In this document: piece by piece, positions 1-14,700 of the stretch
How positions within the stretch are numbered: position 1 is the stretch's first letter
Layout of the letters: each line of letters starts with the position of its first letter
From: the human T2T-CHM13v2.0 reference genome, Homo sapiens
Assembly: GCF_009914755.1 (NCBI RefSeq)
Contig: NC_060931.1
Reading direction: 5' to 3' (one strand)
DNA length: 64,000 nt
Notes under the pieces: generated by a model
Database searches by the model: none
Told to the model about the DNA's origin: nothing
What the model saw: the letters and a program-made list of their open reading frames with translations, nothing else
Made by a program: the position numbers and the translations under genes

Positions 1-114
1 TTAGTATAGTATAGAGATGAAATTATTTCCATTTAAAACTTCAATGCCATTTCTTTTTCTTCCCTTTGCTTTCAAGAATAACCCAATGTTTATTATGTTT
101 TCTTTACAAAAGTC

Positions 115-280
115 AACTTAGCTGTGTGTCTTTGGTATAGTTACTGAATCTCTTTAGCAACAATTTCATAACCTATAGTAAGAATGTTATAATGTGACCT
201 TCTTCAACATGTAATAGGAGGAGTAATTAACATTAAGTACCATAAAATATGTGCGTATAAGAGCTCAACACAAAATGAAT
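115..280 (+). mobile_element. MIR SINE fragment (degenerate)
   Basis: gctgtgtgtctttggtatagttactgaatctct...tttcataacctatagtaag resembles the MIR core (gctgtgtgaccttgggcaagttacttaacctct...). Confidence 0.5.
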
Positions 281-869
281 GATTTTTGGTGTTTCTAAAA
301 TTAGACTGTTTTATAAATAGTAGGTCCTCAGGAAAAAAAAAAAGATGCTATTTCTGCTTCAAGGTGACTATAATCTTTGTTGAAATTAATAGAGTACTTG
401 AATCAGAATTTTAAATAATTTTTTTAAATTGGTACTTGGTGGTGGCAGATCACTCTACATTGAAAATGTTTCATTTAGTAGACCAACTTTCCTAGGCTCT
501 ATTTAATTTTGGAAGCTATAATGATTTAAATATAAGTAACGAATAGAATCATTAGATTTATGAATCAATTATTTGTATTAAGATCTTTATTGATATAGAT
601 TAACCTACTTGATGAGTATGTCAGTAAGTTCACGTATGTTTGAAGGTGAACGTTTGGTTATATTAGAATTTTCAAATCCTTTCATATTTTATTGCAAACT
701 ATTTTACAGCATGATTTTATTCTCATTCGGAATATTTAAGATGTTGATATGAGTTATGTTTTATCAGCATGTACAATTGTAAGTTTTGTGGAAGTACAGA
801 CTATACCTACTATAGTGCCAGTCATTCAATTAATCATTCAATACATGAAAGGCAGAAATTCAATGGATG

Positions 870-2050
870 AATGCATATATTCGCTTAGGAAATATTAATT
901 GTCTTCTTACTCTGTGCCCGGTACTGTGCTAGATAGTGAGTGTATACAGATAAGCAAAATAAACATGGTGGATCCCCTCATGGAGGTGATAAATGATAAA
1001 GTATTAATTTTGAAAAATGCTATGAAAGTCAAGTTCATATTTCATTAGGGAACTTAATTTGAATTGAAGCATCAGGGAAAGCCTTCTTAGAACAATATGC
1101 AACTGAGCTGGGTAAAAGAATATCTAGGAATGAAAGCTCTCTTAGAACAACGTGCAACTGATCTGGGTAAAAGCATATCTAGGAATGAAGCTCATAAAGA
1201 GTGGGCCAGGGGAAGCATTCTATGTAAATGAATTCCACATGGGAATATCACGAAGGTGGAAAGATCTCAGTCAAAGCACGAAAAGAAGGTCATTATGGCA
1301 GAAGAGAAAGGTAGAGAGAAATAGAAGATTGATGAGTTAGATAGCAGATCATGCAGCAACTTGTTGGCCATGTTAAGGATTTTAGACGTGCTCTAAGTGG
1401 AATGAAAAATCTTGAAGGAATTTAAAGATGGGGTTTCATCATTGTGTTTAGATTTAAAAAGTGTCTGCTCTATAGAGAATGGTTTGGCAAGAGACAGAAA
1501 AGCAGTTTAGGGTCCAACTAGAACACACACCGATATTAGTCTAGGTTAGAGGTATTGCTGGATTGGAATACAGCGGTAGCAGAAAAATTGGGAAAGTAGA
1601 GACTTCAGTATATTTTGATGGTGTCACCTAAAAGGCTGAAGAAAATGTTCCTGTTCTAGATGAGGAAGAAAGATAAGTCTAGAGGACTCCCAGCCCTTAA
1701 CCATGTAATAGTGAAGTACTATATAACTAGAAAGTGAACACTGAAAAAGAGAAGACAACACTTTTTTTATTGGAGGATACATGCACGCATAATAGGTCAT
1801 ATTTAAGACCATAGAAATGGATGAGTTCTTACAGGGAGAAAAACTAAGGTGAGAAGAAAGTTGATATCCAGATGTATGGAACAATGCACAGTAAAAAATG
1901 ATGCTAAGACTCCAGGAAAGATGAGGTCTATAACATTTCCATTGTATTTTGGTAAGATCAGTAATTACTCCAACAAGAACAATTTCAGTGATAGGGTAGC
2001 AAAGGTTCAAGTGAGATTTCCGACAATGAAGAGTAAATAAGGGTGTTTCC
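870..2050 (-). mobile_element. L2 LINE 3' region (degenerate)
   Basis: aaatattaattgtcttcttactctgtgcccggtactgtgctaga matches the reverse complement of the L2 3' end, followed by purine-rich L2-like sequence. Confidence 0.65.
1086..1193. repeat. Tandem duplication, 2 x ~55 bp
   Basis: cttagaacaa..tgcaactga.ctgggtaaaag.atatctaggaatgaa starts at both 1086 and 1141. Confidence 0.9.
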
Positions 2051-2134
2051 TTTGAAACATGCAAGAATACAGATTATTTTTACTACCTTTTCTCCCAGTG
2101 TAATCTCACTAAAAGTCTCATAAAGCTAAATATG

Positions 2135-2159
2135 CACACACACACACACACACACACAC
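2135..2159. repeat. (CA)n microsatellite
   Basis: Directly visible CA run. Confidence 0.95.
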
Positions 2160-2199
2160 CCCGCTGTACATTAAAAACAAGCTCATAACACGAACCTCC

Positions 2200-3360
2200 A
2201 GCAATGAAGCTTCCTAGACAAATATTTTGAAATATGAATCAAAATAAGGGAGAAAACAGAAAGCTGATACATACCTTCTTGGAGTTTCACCACGAAATAG
2301 ATTTCTTTAAAAATACTTGCCATAATATTGGAAAACCTATCCAAAGTGTTTTTTTTTTTATTAGAACAGTGAAAAAAGTAATAGGCAGTTCACAGAAAAA
2401 TAGGGATATTCCTAATCATTTGAAAGACAAAAAGGAGAGTCATTCTTTCAGGAGAAGGGAACATATAGTCTATATTGATGCTGCCTACCATACCTACTAC
2501 TTTTCAAGAAATAGTTTTACCCAGGCAAATGTGAATAAAAATTTTAAGGAACACTATGCATAGATACTGCCTAGGAAATACAAGGAAAAAGATTAAAAAA
2601 GTAATGTTATAGGAGCAACATCATGAAAAAATAGAAAAAGAGAGCTCTCCTTGCCAGTAAATACAAGGAAAAAGACAAAGAAAGTAATGTTATAGGAACA
2701 ACAGCATAAAGAAATAGAAGAAGAGATAGCTTTCCTTGCCCACAAAAGAATTAAAACTTTAGGTAATTTTAAATATCTCAAGAAAGAAGAACAATAATTT
2801 TTTAAAAAGGAATTAGAAATCAATAAAAGAAGATAAGAAAAACTGCCAGTGCTAATGAGAAAAATGTTGATGAGAAATATATCAATATACAGAGATAAGA
2901 AACACAGAAATAAAATTCCACTAAATATGACTATAAATTATGATGCTTTATGGCAGATAAGCTACAGGACATGGCAACAAAACCAAAACAGATTAAATTT
3001 TTAAATACCTGCATAGGAAATTATAGATTATAGATTTTTAAAAAATCAAGATACACATCATTTAGGAAAACAAGAGGATAATAAATATAATAGAAAAAGT
3101 AACCAAAGATATAATATTAGAAAAATTTACTGAAATAAAAATTTGACGGTGTGTATCATAAGTGCAAAATGTTTCCTTGGAAAATACTTATATAAATGTT
3201 AAAAAAGAATATATATCATAATGAATTTAAGGTCTTAAATAATTATAAAAATATCATGTGGAAACCATGATCAGGAAAACATATTATTTAGAGGAAAACC
3301 CACTTGATTTGCCATGTATTTATAGCCATATTAAATGCAGGATATACTAGGACACTAACT
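2200..3360 (+). mobile_element. Ancient L1M/HAL1 ORF1-like remnant
   Basis: Strongly A-rich + strand with L1 ORF1-like texture; highly degenerate. Confidence 0.4.
2576..2740. repeat. Tandem duplication, 2 x ~83 bp
   Basis: aaatacaaggaaaaaga...aaagtaatgttatagga.caaca.cat...tccttgcc starts at 2576 and 2659. Confidence 0.85.
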
Positions 3361-3387
3361 CCAAGCTTTTAAGGGGAAGAAAGTCTC

Positions 3388-3680
<293 letters not shown>

Positions 3681-3714
3681 CCTGTGAAGCACAAAATTTA
3701 TAGCAGAAAGGCAA

Positions 3715-3768
3715 TATATGATTGCATATATATATATATATACACACACTATACATAACATATATATT
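3715..3768. repeat. (TA)n-rich low-complexity tract
   Basis: Visible TA/CA alternation. Confidence 0.8.
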
Positions 3769-3769
3769 A

Positions 3770-4147
<378 letters not shown>

Positions 4148-4254
4148 CTATCTTCTTAAATTTAACTTTAAAGGAGTTATTTTTTCTTAATAAACTGGCA
4201 AAAAAAAATCTATTAGACTTTATAAATATGCCAGCTTTTTAAAAAAGAAAACAT

Positions 4255-4392
4255 TAAGTTAGGTGATAGATATGATACTTAGCTTGATTGCGGTAATCAT
4301 TTCACATCATATACGTATATCAAAACTCCATGTAGTACACCTTACATTTATATAATTTTTATCAATTATATGTCAAAAAAGCCTGGAGAAAA
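4255..4392 (+). mobile_element. L1MA-type 3' end fragment
   Basis: tagcttgattgcggtaatcatttcaca...caattatatgtcaa; similar to 15830-15970. Confidence 0.75.
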
Positions 4393-4722
4393 AGGAGACA
4401 ATGTGTCAAATGAACTCATGTTGTCAAACTGACAAGGTACATATAAAACTTGCGTATTTTCAATCTGCAAGTCTGTATTATGAGTTATTTGAAATTAAAT
4501 TCACTAAATTTGAAGGGTATCTTTAGGTGGTGGAATGATGGTTGTTCTTTGTACACCTATTAGTTTCTGAAATTATTCATAAGAAACATTAAATTTAAAA
4601 AAACACATAAGGTAATTTTGTGAAAGAATAAATAGGAAGCAAGCGCATGAAGAAAGGATGTCAGAACTGTATTGTGAGCCTTCTCTGTGAAGGGATAGAG
4701 AAAATGAGCAATAAATGAGAGT

Positions 4723-5097
4723 TGTCTCATTCAGCTCAGGCTGCTATAACAAAATACCTGAGGTTGGGTGGCTTTAAAAAACAGAAATTTGTTTCTGACA
4801 GTGATGGAGGCTGGAAGTCCAAGATCAGGGTGTCAGCTTGACAGTCAGGCTCTTGATGAGGGCTTTTTTCATGGTTGTGTCCTCATGTGGTCTTTCTTGA
4901 TTGCGCACAGAAATAGAGTGATGTTTTGTTTTCCCTTCTTTTTATAAAGACATCAATCCCATCATTAAGGGACCCACCCTCATGAGCTAATCTAACCTAA
5001 ATTATCTCCCAAACCCCCTACCTCCTAGTACATCCTACTGGGGATTAGGGTTTCAATGTATGAATTCTGGGGGGACATAAACATGCAGTCCATAACA
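4723..5097 (-). mobile_element. MLT1A-like MaLR solo LTR
   Basis: ctgctataacaaaatacc...ggaggctggaagtccaagatc...tcaatgtatgaattctgggggg...cagtccataaca; TG...CA ends. Confidence 0.85.
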
Positions 5098-6121
5098 GTA
5101 GTTTTAAGTTAGGATTACAGGAAGTGTATTTTAATACTAACAGAGAAGGGTAGAGATTCAGGATACTTGGCACAAAATCAGTCCTCCAAATATACTGCTT
5201 CAATTGAATTAAAATTGTTGTAAACAATTTGTTATGCTAGTTATATAATATTTCTGATTCAAAAGAAACAAGAACAAAAATATTTTATCTTGAAAATCTT
5301 TCATTAAAGAGTAAAAAAGAAAATTTTAATGCATATCATTGGTGTTTAATACATATCGTATATATTATTAATATGCTTCCCATATAATACAATATATACT
5401 GCTTAAACTTATAATGGTTTTATTAGATAATTGTTTGTTGTCATTTCTCAGGCATTTGTCAAATCTAAGAAAAAGCAGTCAGGAAATAAAGATTAGAAAA
5501 AAATTCCAATTATCTGGTGAGAATGAAAACAAAGGCAGAAATGTTACTTGATTGAAAGAATTCCTTGATATGAAGTCAAAAGCAAGAGGAGAAAACAACA
5601 ACATAAGAAACACAGCATAATACATGAAGTCAATTTTAAGGTTGGTATTTCAGGAAAGAAAGGAAACAACAGGATCTAATCAGTTGCTCTTGCTTGAGGC
5701 TATTGCCTTATTATAAATATGCATTTGTGGCCCTGTGAACAGTGAGCTATTCTTTCAAATACACCAAATACCAATAAATTTATATAAATAGTATACTTCA
5801 TACCAATCATATGAGTGTTTTCTCAGACATAAATATTGGAAGCAAAGTCAGTGCTTAAATATGTCATTTTGGCAAGTGATTTCATGTAGTACCATTAATT
5901 TTGCTAGAAAATTAAAATGTTCTATTATTCGAATACTACCAAATAATCTTTGCTGATGTTTTCCAACATGTGGATATTCACTGTAGGCAGCAGTTTTTTG
6001 TAAATAATTCAGTAGAAGAAATAAAAAAAGAAAACAGTAGAGATGTTTATGTGGCATACTGACTTGAAGTCAGAAAGCTACCTAAAATCTGAGTTAGGAA
6101 AAGCAGCGTCAATTGTAATGA

Positions 6122-6486
<365 letters not shown>

Positions 6487-6536
6487 TAAAAAGTATTGCA
6501 CTTACATGAAACAACATGTATCCTAAGGCCCAATTT

Positions 6537-6929
<393 letters not shown>

Positions 6930-8959
6930 TGAGAAATATTTGTCATTAAAGATCAAATTATCAAATAGTCAATTCATGCTTTGTACATTTTAAGTCTTTA
7001 TTTAAAAAATTTAAATATTAAATATTTGTTCTATTTTTCAATTTTAAGTGATATGGAGGAAATTGATGTTTCTGTTAATGTTCCATTCTTTTGATATTTT
7101 CTATCTTAAATGTTTATATAAGATAAAGTTTAATTTTATCTGATACAGAAATATAAAATCTTATAACATATTGGCTTATAATAGTGAATTATGCATTTAT
7201 TGTTATATATTTACAGTAACCTCTGAAATATTTAATATGTACCTAACACATGGGAAAATTTTAAAAAATACAGTAACTATTATTATGGTGACTCATTATT
7301 ATTTAAAAACACATACATAAAGAACATCTCTTCAAATAAAAAGTCCTTGTGACCTCCTTTGGCAAAATATTTTTAACCAAAATGGAAAGTTTCTGCCAAT
7401 ACTGTTGATAGACATCCATTCAACTCTTACAGGCAATGTGCACCATCTTCTCTTCCCTTAAATCTGTTTAGACTGGTATCTCTTCTCATAGCTGTGAATG
7501 CTATGGTTATCTAAGCGTTAACATTTGCCCTTGATCATTCTCAATTGCCTGTCAAGAGCAAATGGGGAACAGTAGAATTAACAGATCACTTACTCACTCT
7601 GCCCTATTTGTTTGGTGGGCTCTTTAAGGATTGAGGAAAAAAATTTAAAACCACTCAAGGCAGGATACTTAAAAAAATGCTTTGAATATAATAGAGCCTT
7701 TAATTAAAAGCATTTACTCATAACTTGTTTTTAAAAATCCTCTCATGATGTCTACCTTTAACACGTCTGTCTATTACGTGAAGTTCTTTGACTAATGTTG
7801 AACACAAATCCCAGAAAGGAGAGGCAACTAAAGTAACATTGACATTCACTGACCATGTCAGATGAGACCAGGAATCTAATTTCTGGTCTCAGCCCTTCTT
7901 TCACTACTTATTGCCTTGTTACCTTCTACATTTTCTTAAGAGAAGATCACATATTTAGTGATCAGAATCAGACAAGGACACAGATGTTCTTATAAATCAA
8001 CAAGGATACCTTAACTCATTAGTGGAGCTCAGTTGATAGTATTAACACTTTTTTTTCAGTTGGCACATTTTAATCTGACAATATCAGAATTGGTTTGTAA
8101 ATCAGACCTACGAAAATAAATTGCCAATTTTAAAAATCGTCATTTCTTCAGAATTTCTGAAGTCAGAAGCCATGGATACCAGAAGAAATTTGTTTAAAAG
8201 TATCAAACTTTTCAAAGACTCAGCGCCTTCAGCTAACAAAAATGAAACCAAAGACATACAAGGCAGCCGCTGCATGGACTTTCATTCCTTTTTTATTTTT
8301 GCTGTGCTTGGATGTGAAGATATCCTGTGTGACTGAGCCGTCTCATACTGAAGAGTCAGCACTGCTGTTGCTATTGAAAGAGCTATATTGAGAACTTTAT
8401 TATGCTCATCTGAAAAGCAAAATCAGTGACTATGAACAACTTACAGGACAGCTGAAAGTAGTTAAATCATTTACTTGTAATACTCCCAAGATCTTAAAAT
8501 GCTACAATATATAAAATACATTCAGTCACCACAGCACTTTTACACTCAGACAAACCCCTTGGAATCTACGGGAACTTTTCATTTAATCTCTTTCTCCCTA
8601 TTCTGTTGTAAGACAAAAGTAGTCACAAGTAGACAGTTTCTGACTTTTTGCTTTGAGCTAGAGGTTTAAATTCATAGAGTGTTTCAGACCCAGAAAAAAC
8701 AAGCAGCATTTTTAACAAGAGGACGTTTCATAATATATTGTTTATTTAGAATCTTAAAAGCCCCCACTTTACTCTGAAGGTCTTGGTCCATGTGTTCAAG
8801 TCCTAGCTGGATCGTTTATTACCTGTATGCTTGTAAAATTACTTCTCATCAACTGATTCCATTTCAGTGTCTAGAAGATGAGAGCAAAATAGCTATATCT
8901 AGTTTAGCTACTTACCAGCATTGTTCTGCACTTCAAAGGTGAAATCACAAGAGAAAGAG

Positions 8960-9160
8960 TTTGCATGATGATGGTTAAAGGTTCTAGAGTCAGAGACATG
9001 GGTTTGAATCCTGGATGTAATACCAGCTGCTGAATTTTGCTTGGGCGAGATTTTCTACTTTTTTTCCCAAAACCTTTCTTTTCCCACAAAAATGCAGAAA
9101 AAATTGAGTTTACCTCATAAAGCCATATTGATATTTAAATGACATCACAAATTTAAAGCT
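8960..9160 (+). mobile_element. MIR SINE
   Basis: atggttaaaggttctagagtcagagacatgggtttgaatcctgg matches the MIR tRNA-derived head. Confidence 0.7.
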
Positions 9161-10477
9161 ACAGGCCTACATGCATACCTGTGTTTCATGCATGTCCCTC
9201 ACACCTGTTTAGGCACTGCAGACCAAACCAGTAAAGGAAGGCTGTGATTAAATCACTACCTTGGTTTCACTACATAGTTCAAGAGAAGTCTGTCACCAGT
9301 CACCCCAGGACTATTGGCTTGAACTTATCCCAGTACTCCTGTGCTGGACTCAAAGAGTTATTCTCTGTGTCACATCTTTGTTTATGAGGGATACTACCAG
9401 AACTCCCACTCACCCAAATCAATCATCATTTTCATCCTCTTCATCATCATTTTCAATACCCTTGATGCTCTGAATATTCACTAATTAGAGCCAATTCTCA
9501 GGTCTTCTATATCTTTGCAAACTTTCCCAATGTGACTTCTTCAAGGTACCATCTACCATTAAGGTTTTAATAAGGTGGTGATAGTGTTTGTTTCTACAAT
9601 TTCATTTCCAAACCACTTCTCCTTTCTTCTTGTTTTGGAAACCACCCCCAACCCCAATTCCTCATCCGTATCATAATATCTGCTCTACTGACTCTACCGT
9701 AATTTCATTACCCATAGCTCTGCACATCTATTCTTATGAAGCTACATTTCCACAACCCATCTCAATAGGCACGTTCTTGCATTTATCCTCAATCCCCTTG
9801 CCCTGCTCTCCCTTTCTTATACTCCCTGAATTAGTCTATGTGTTATCTGCACCTGTGCAGGTGCAGTAAGCTACACACGAACTTAAAAGTATGCTGACTG
9901 GTCTCATTTAAAAACAATTACCCTACATCTCAAGAAGGCACCCAGTAGTGTCTCATATACCCACTAAATTTTTCTGTTTGCTCTTTCATCCCCCAAAATG
10001 GTCATTTCAGACATTCTTCTAGATCATTAAATCTCCATCTGATTTATTCATCTATATACCAGTCACACATGCAATGCACTTGAGCACACACACACATTTT
10101 CTGCCAATAAGTTGGTTTTCAGCTTTCTTCTGGAAACAGATGATTTACTATGTAAACTCCCTCATCTTTATGTTTCCAAATCTATCACCCTTCCAATATC
10201 TTTATTCAGATGTTTTTTCTTCCCACTATTTATGTTGGATAAAATTTTTACTCTTATAAAAAAAGTATTCACCTTCTCATAGACTTCTTCCATTGCTACA
10301 ATTAAACTTTAACAGCATTATAGGCTGATAACCTCAATTTTATCTTCCGGCCTGGTCTATGCTGTGGGAATAGCTCACTTGGAATTGGATAACTTTGCCT
10401 CTGATAGGTATTGTCAGAGTCCAAAGCATATAACTGCAATTGTCTTGTGGAATTCTGTTCTTGGCTGTCTAATAGGC

Positions 10478-11732
10478 CAGGGTGGCTCCATCCTGGGCAT
10501 GCAGTCATACGGGGCCTTGCATTTAAAAGTTGCCTATACATGGGCAAGGACTTCATGTCTAAAACACCAATAGCAATGGCAAAAAAAGCCAAAATTGACA
10601 AATGGGATCCAATTAAACTAAAGAGCTTCTGCACAGCAAAAGAAACTACCATCAGAGTGAACAGGCAACCTACAAAATGGGAGAAAATTTTTGCAATCTA
10701 CTCATCTGACAAAGGGCTAATATCCAGAATCTACAAAGAACTCAAACAAATTTACAAGAAAAAAACAAACAACCCCATCAAAAAGTGGGCAAAGGATATG
10801 AACAGACACTTCTCAAAAGAAGACATTTATGCAGCCAACAGGCACATGAAAAAATGCTCATCATCACTGGCCATCAGAGAAATGCAAATCAAAACCACAA
10901 TGAGATACCATCTCACACCAGTTAGAATGGCAATCATTAAAAAGTCAGGAAACAACAGGTGCTGGAGAGGATGTGGAGAAATACGAACACTTTTACACTG
11001 TTGGTGGGACTGTAAACTAGTTCAACCATTGTGGAAGTCAGTGCGGCGATTCCTCAGGGATCTAGAACTAGAAATACCATTTGACCCAGCCATCGCATTA
11101 CTGGGTATATACCCAAAGGATTATAAATCATGCTGCTATAAAGACACATGCACACGTATGTCTATTGCAGCACTATTCACAATAGCAAAGACTTGGAACC
11201 AACCCAAATGTCCATCAGCGATAGACTGGATTGAGAAAATGTGGCACATATACACCATGGAATACTATGCAGCCATAAAAAATGATGAGTTCATGTCCTT
11301 TGCAGGGACATGGATTAAGCTGGAAACCATCATTCCCAGCAAACTATCGCAAGGACAAAAAAACCAAACACTACATGTTCTCACTCATAGGTGGGAATTG
11401 AACAGTGAGAACACTTGGACACGGGAAGGGGAACATCACACACTGGGGCCTGTCATGGGGTTGGGGGATGGGGGAGGGATAGCATTAGGAGATACACCTA
11501 ATGTTAAATGACAAGTTAATGGGTGCAGCACACCAACATGGCGCATGTATACGTATGTAACAAAACTGCACGTTGTGCATATGTACCCTAGAACTTAAAG
11601 TATAATAAAAAAAAGTTGCCTATATTTGGTTTAATGTTTTGCTATCACCATGTTGAAATCATTACTAATTTATAAATAAGCGCTCTACATACTCATTTTA
11701 CACTGGGATCCCCAAGATAAGTAGCTAGTCCA
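10478..11732 (+). mobile_element. MER45A-like hAT MITE, split by an L1 insertion
   Basis: caggg..gcagtcatacggggcc | tttggtttaatg...cattttacactggga...gtagctagtcc; degenerate 8-bp TSD taataggc/tcttaggc. Confidence 0.7.
10539..11610 (+). mobile_element. 5'-truncated L1PA (L1PA3-5-like): ORF2 C-terminus plus 3'UTR
   Basis: Translates to [10 protein letters not shown]...[19 protein letters not shown] (ORF2 Cys-rich domain); perfect 14-bp TSD aaaagttgcctata at 10525-10538 and 11611-11624; ttt/aaaa endonuclease site. Confidence 0.97.
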
Positions 11733-14700
11733 TCTTAGGCACCTCAAATTTAATATTGTCAAGCAGATGACTTGATTTTCACCAGCCTACCAAATTCGCT
11801 TGCTATTTATCCTATTTTTATTATTGCCAATGATACCTTTTAAACTGCTCAGTTGAAAATCTAGAAGTCAGAATTGATTTTTTTCTTTTTCCACCATTTT
11901 ATATGACCAAAAGTTCTATCTGCTATTGCATCTGCATTTTATCCTATTTTTCTACACAATATACCCAATTTCTGCAGACCAACCAATAGATAAATTGGAT
12001 GAATTGAATATTGCAAGTCTTCTAACTTGACTCCCTTTTCCTCTCTTAAACGTCTGTAAGCCATTCGCTGCAAAGTAGCTAAAAACATTCATGCAAAACA
12101 AAATCAGATAATATTATTCCCCTGTTTAAATTTTTCTGGTGTTTTCCCCTCAAACTTAAATTAAAATCAAATCTCTTTTTATTGCCATGCATAATTTGTC
12201 ATTGCCTATATCTCTGCCTCCATGGAATTCTATTCTTATTGTCTCTCGCTGTATATCAGCCAGAAGGGCTACTTTTCTATTTTGTGAATATAGCTACCTT
12301 GTTTTTTGCATAGGGCATTTATTCTTATTTTGTTGGTGTGAAAATTCTGTCTCAAATATATGCGTCATAGCTGTCGATAACCTGTCCTTCACATCTCACT
12401 TAAACTGATACTCCTTGAAAGATATCTTCCCTGACGCACAGTCTAAATTAGCACATATTCAACTACTCACTGTGTCAGTATGTTGTTCCTTTTTAAAACT
12501 ATCTTGCTCATGTTTGTATTTATTTATTTGACTCTTTTCATAAGAATGTACACTCCATGAGAACAAAGACCAAATATGTGTAGTGTATGAATGCCTGGGA
12601 TAATGTTTGCTAAATATATTGCAATTAACGTACTTAGCACACTGCTTGCCATATTTTAAATGCTCAGCAAATGGCATATATTATTATATTAAAATTATTT
12701 ATAGAAGAGTTTCTTAAGTTAAAAACATATATTCAAATAAATGTTTTATATGAAAACTATAGTAGTGCTAAGGCTTCTGAAATTAATATTTATTAGTAGT
12801 AGGTAAGGCTTTCTTGTTCTTTTGTTTAAGGCCCTATGCTATAATTTTAACAGGGGAACAAATTTTGCTGTTTTTAGAAAAAAGACCTCATTTGTTTAAT
12901 AAAGTAAAAATTTAAAATGAAAATGCTAATCAAAAATATTATTGGCAGAAGTACTTTCAGAGTAGCAGAGTAAGGTAAGGGCCTCCCAAAATTTGCTACT
13001 CCATTAAAGCAAGACCACTGCTAAATGCATCAAAATAAACTTTTTCAGAATCCTGAAAATTAACCAGGCTTATAAGTGTTCCTGGAGTGTTTATGCAAGG
13101 ACTACAGCTGATTTTTTTTAAAATGGTAAAATTTGTGGTGTTTTAACTTGCCCTCATCTCCTCATCCTCTCATAAGAAATATCCTCAAAAGCTAGCCGAT
13201 TCACAACAATGCTTGTGAAAACCAATAGCCTAGCATCCACTAGGGCATATGCACCGTGTGACTAGAGGTCGCCAGAATGTATAAAACTCAGAGAATTTTC
13301 ACTATTCGAGCTATCTGGCTTTATTTTACATGATTCAGATCAAGCTTTTTGAGAAGGGCACACTCCACAATATAATTGTTAAAAAATAAAATCATGGAGA
13401 TTATTTAAATTTTCAGCTGCCTGAGATGGCAATACCAGTGGGTGCAAACGAGAGGTTGACTAAATAAGTTAAAAGGAAAGGATATGTACAGAGATTTCAC
13501 AGGGTACTTTTAAAAGGTCTGACATATTTCTGGGAATGCTGAAGCCCACACCCACATGCCTGGCTGTGTGCCTTGGCTGGAAAGGCCTGAAGAGGCCCTA
13601 ACATCTCAGCTCTGGCTGACTTTGAGGCACCACATAAGTAGGAAGTGAAGGCTAAGGTAGAAGTGTAAACTACTGGAGCATTTGAGTCATGCCACAGCAC
13701 ATGCACAGATCCTGTGGACAAAGGCTCAAAGACTTATTAGTTCAAGGCATTTAAAGAACTTCTGTCCAATCACGAGCTAATCACTAAGCCAACCAGCCAA
13801 GACTTCAGAGACCACATATAAGAGAAAATACAGGCTTTACGGAGTCAGTCCATAAAAGTCACTAACCAAATAGCAATACACCTAGGGGCAAGATCTGATT
13901 TCCAGAGTTGCCACGTTATATTTTTTTAAATGCTCAGTCCAGCAAAAATAAATAAATAAATAACAGGAAAAGTAGTCAATAGTAACTGTCCCCGAGTAAA
14001 CCCAGTTACTGGAATTACTAGACAGACCTCAAATCAGCTATTATAAATATTTCTGAAGAACTAAAATAAACCATATTTAAAGAAATCAAGAAAAATGTGA
14101 TAATGACATCTTACAAAAAGGAAAAAATTAATATATTGAAATTATTCAGAAAAGTAATTCTGGAGCTGAAAATTATAATAAATGAGACCAAAAAACCTCA
14201 CTGTAGGAGCTGAACAGATTTGAACTGGAAGAAGAAAGAGTCCACACACTTTCCATAAGTCAATTGATACTATACAATCTGAGGAACAGAAAGAAAAATA
14301 AAGAAGATAAATGAACAAAGTTTCAGAGACTTATGGGACATCATCAAGCACGCAGATACATTCGTGTCTGGGATTTCCAAAGGAGAGGAAAAAGAGAAAG
14401 ATGTATAAAGAATATTTAAGAAATAATGGCTGATAGCTCCACAAATTTGATGAAAAAGATTAATCTACACATCCAAGAATGCAATGAACTCCAGTTATGA
14501 TTCCCATAATTGGTAAAACAACCTTTTAGAAAATAAAAAATAAATAAATTCCTAGATAAACAAAAAACAAAAAAGCCTTCATATCTAGTAGACCTGCCCT
14601 GCAAGAATATTAAAGGTCTTTCAGGCTAAAATGAAGAATGCTAGACAATAATTTACACATAAACAAATTGAGAGACTGATACAAGTAAGATTATAGGTAA

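Larger units (their letters stand above)
9450..12630 (+). mobile_element. L2 LINE remnant interrupted by MER45A and L1PA
   Basis: L2 motif ttggctgtctaataggc|acctcaaatttaat is split across 10477/11741; L2 3' end near 12540-12630 (cactccatgagaacaaagac...). Confidence 0.6.

Noticed and set aside
1086-2740. Direct repeats as a CRISPR-like or other array
   Set aside because: Only two adjacent copies each, with no spacers, in a eukaryotic repeat context.
8297-8422. Possible C/D-box snoRNA (gtgaaga ... ctga with ttttgct/agcaaaa ends)
   Set aside because: The C box is imperfect, the stem is offset from the boxes, and I recognise no guide sequence; such motifs are common by chance.
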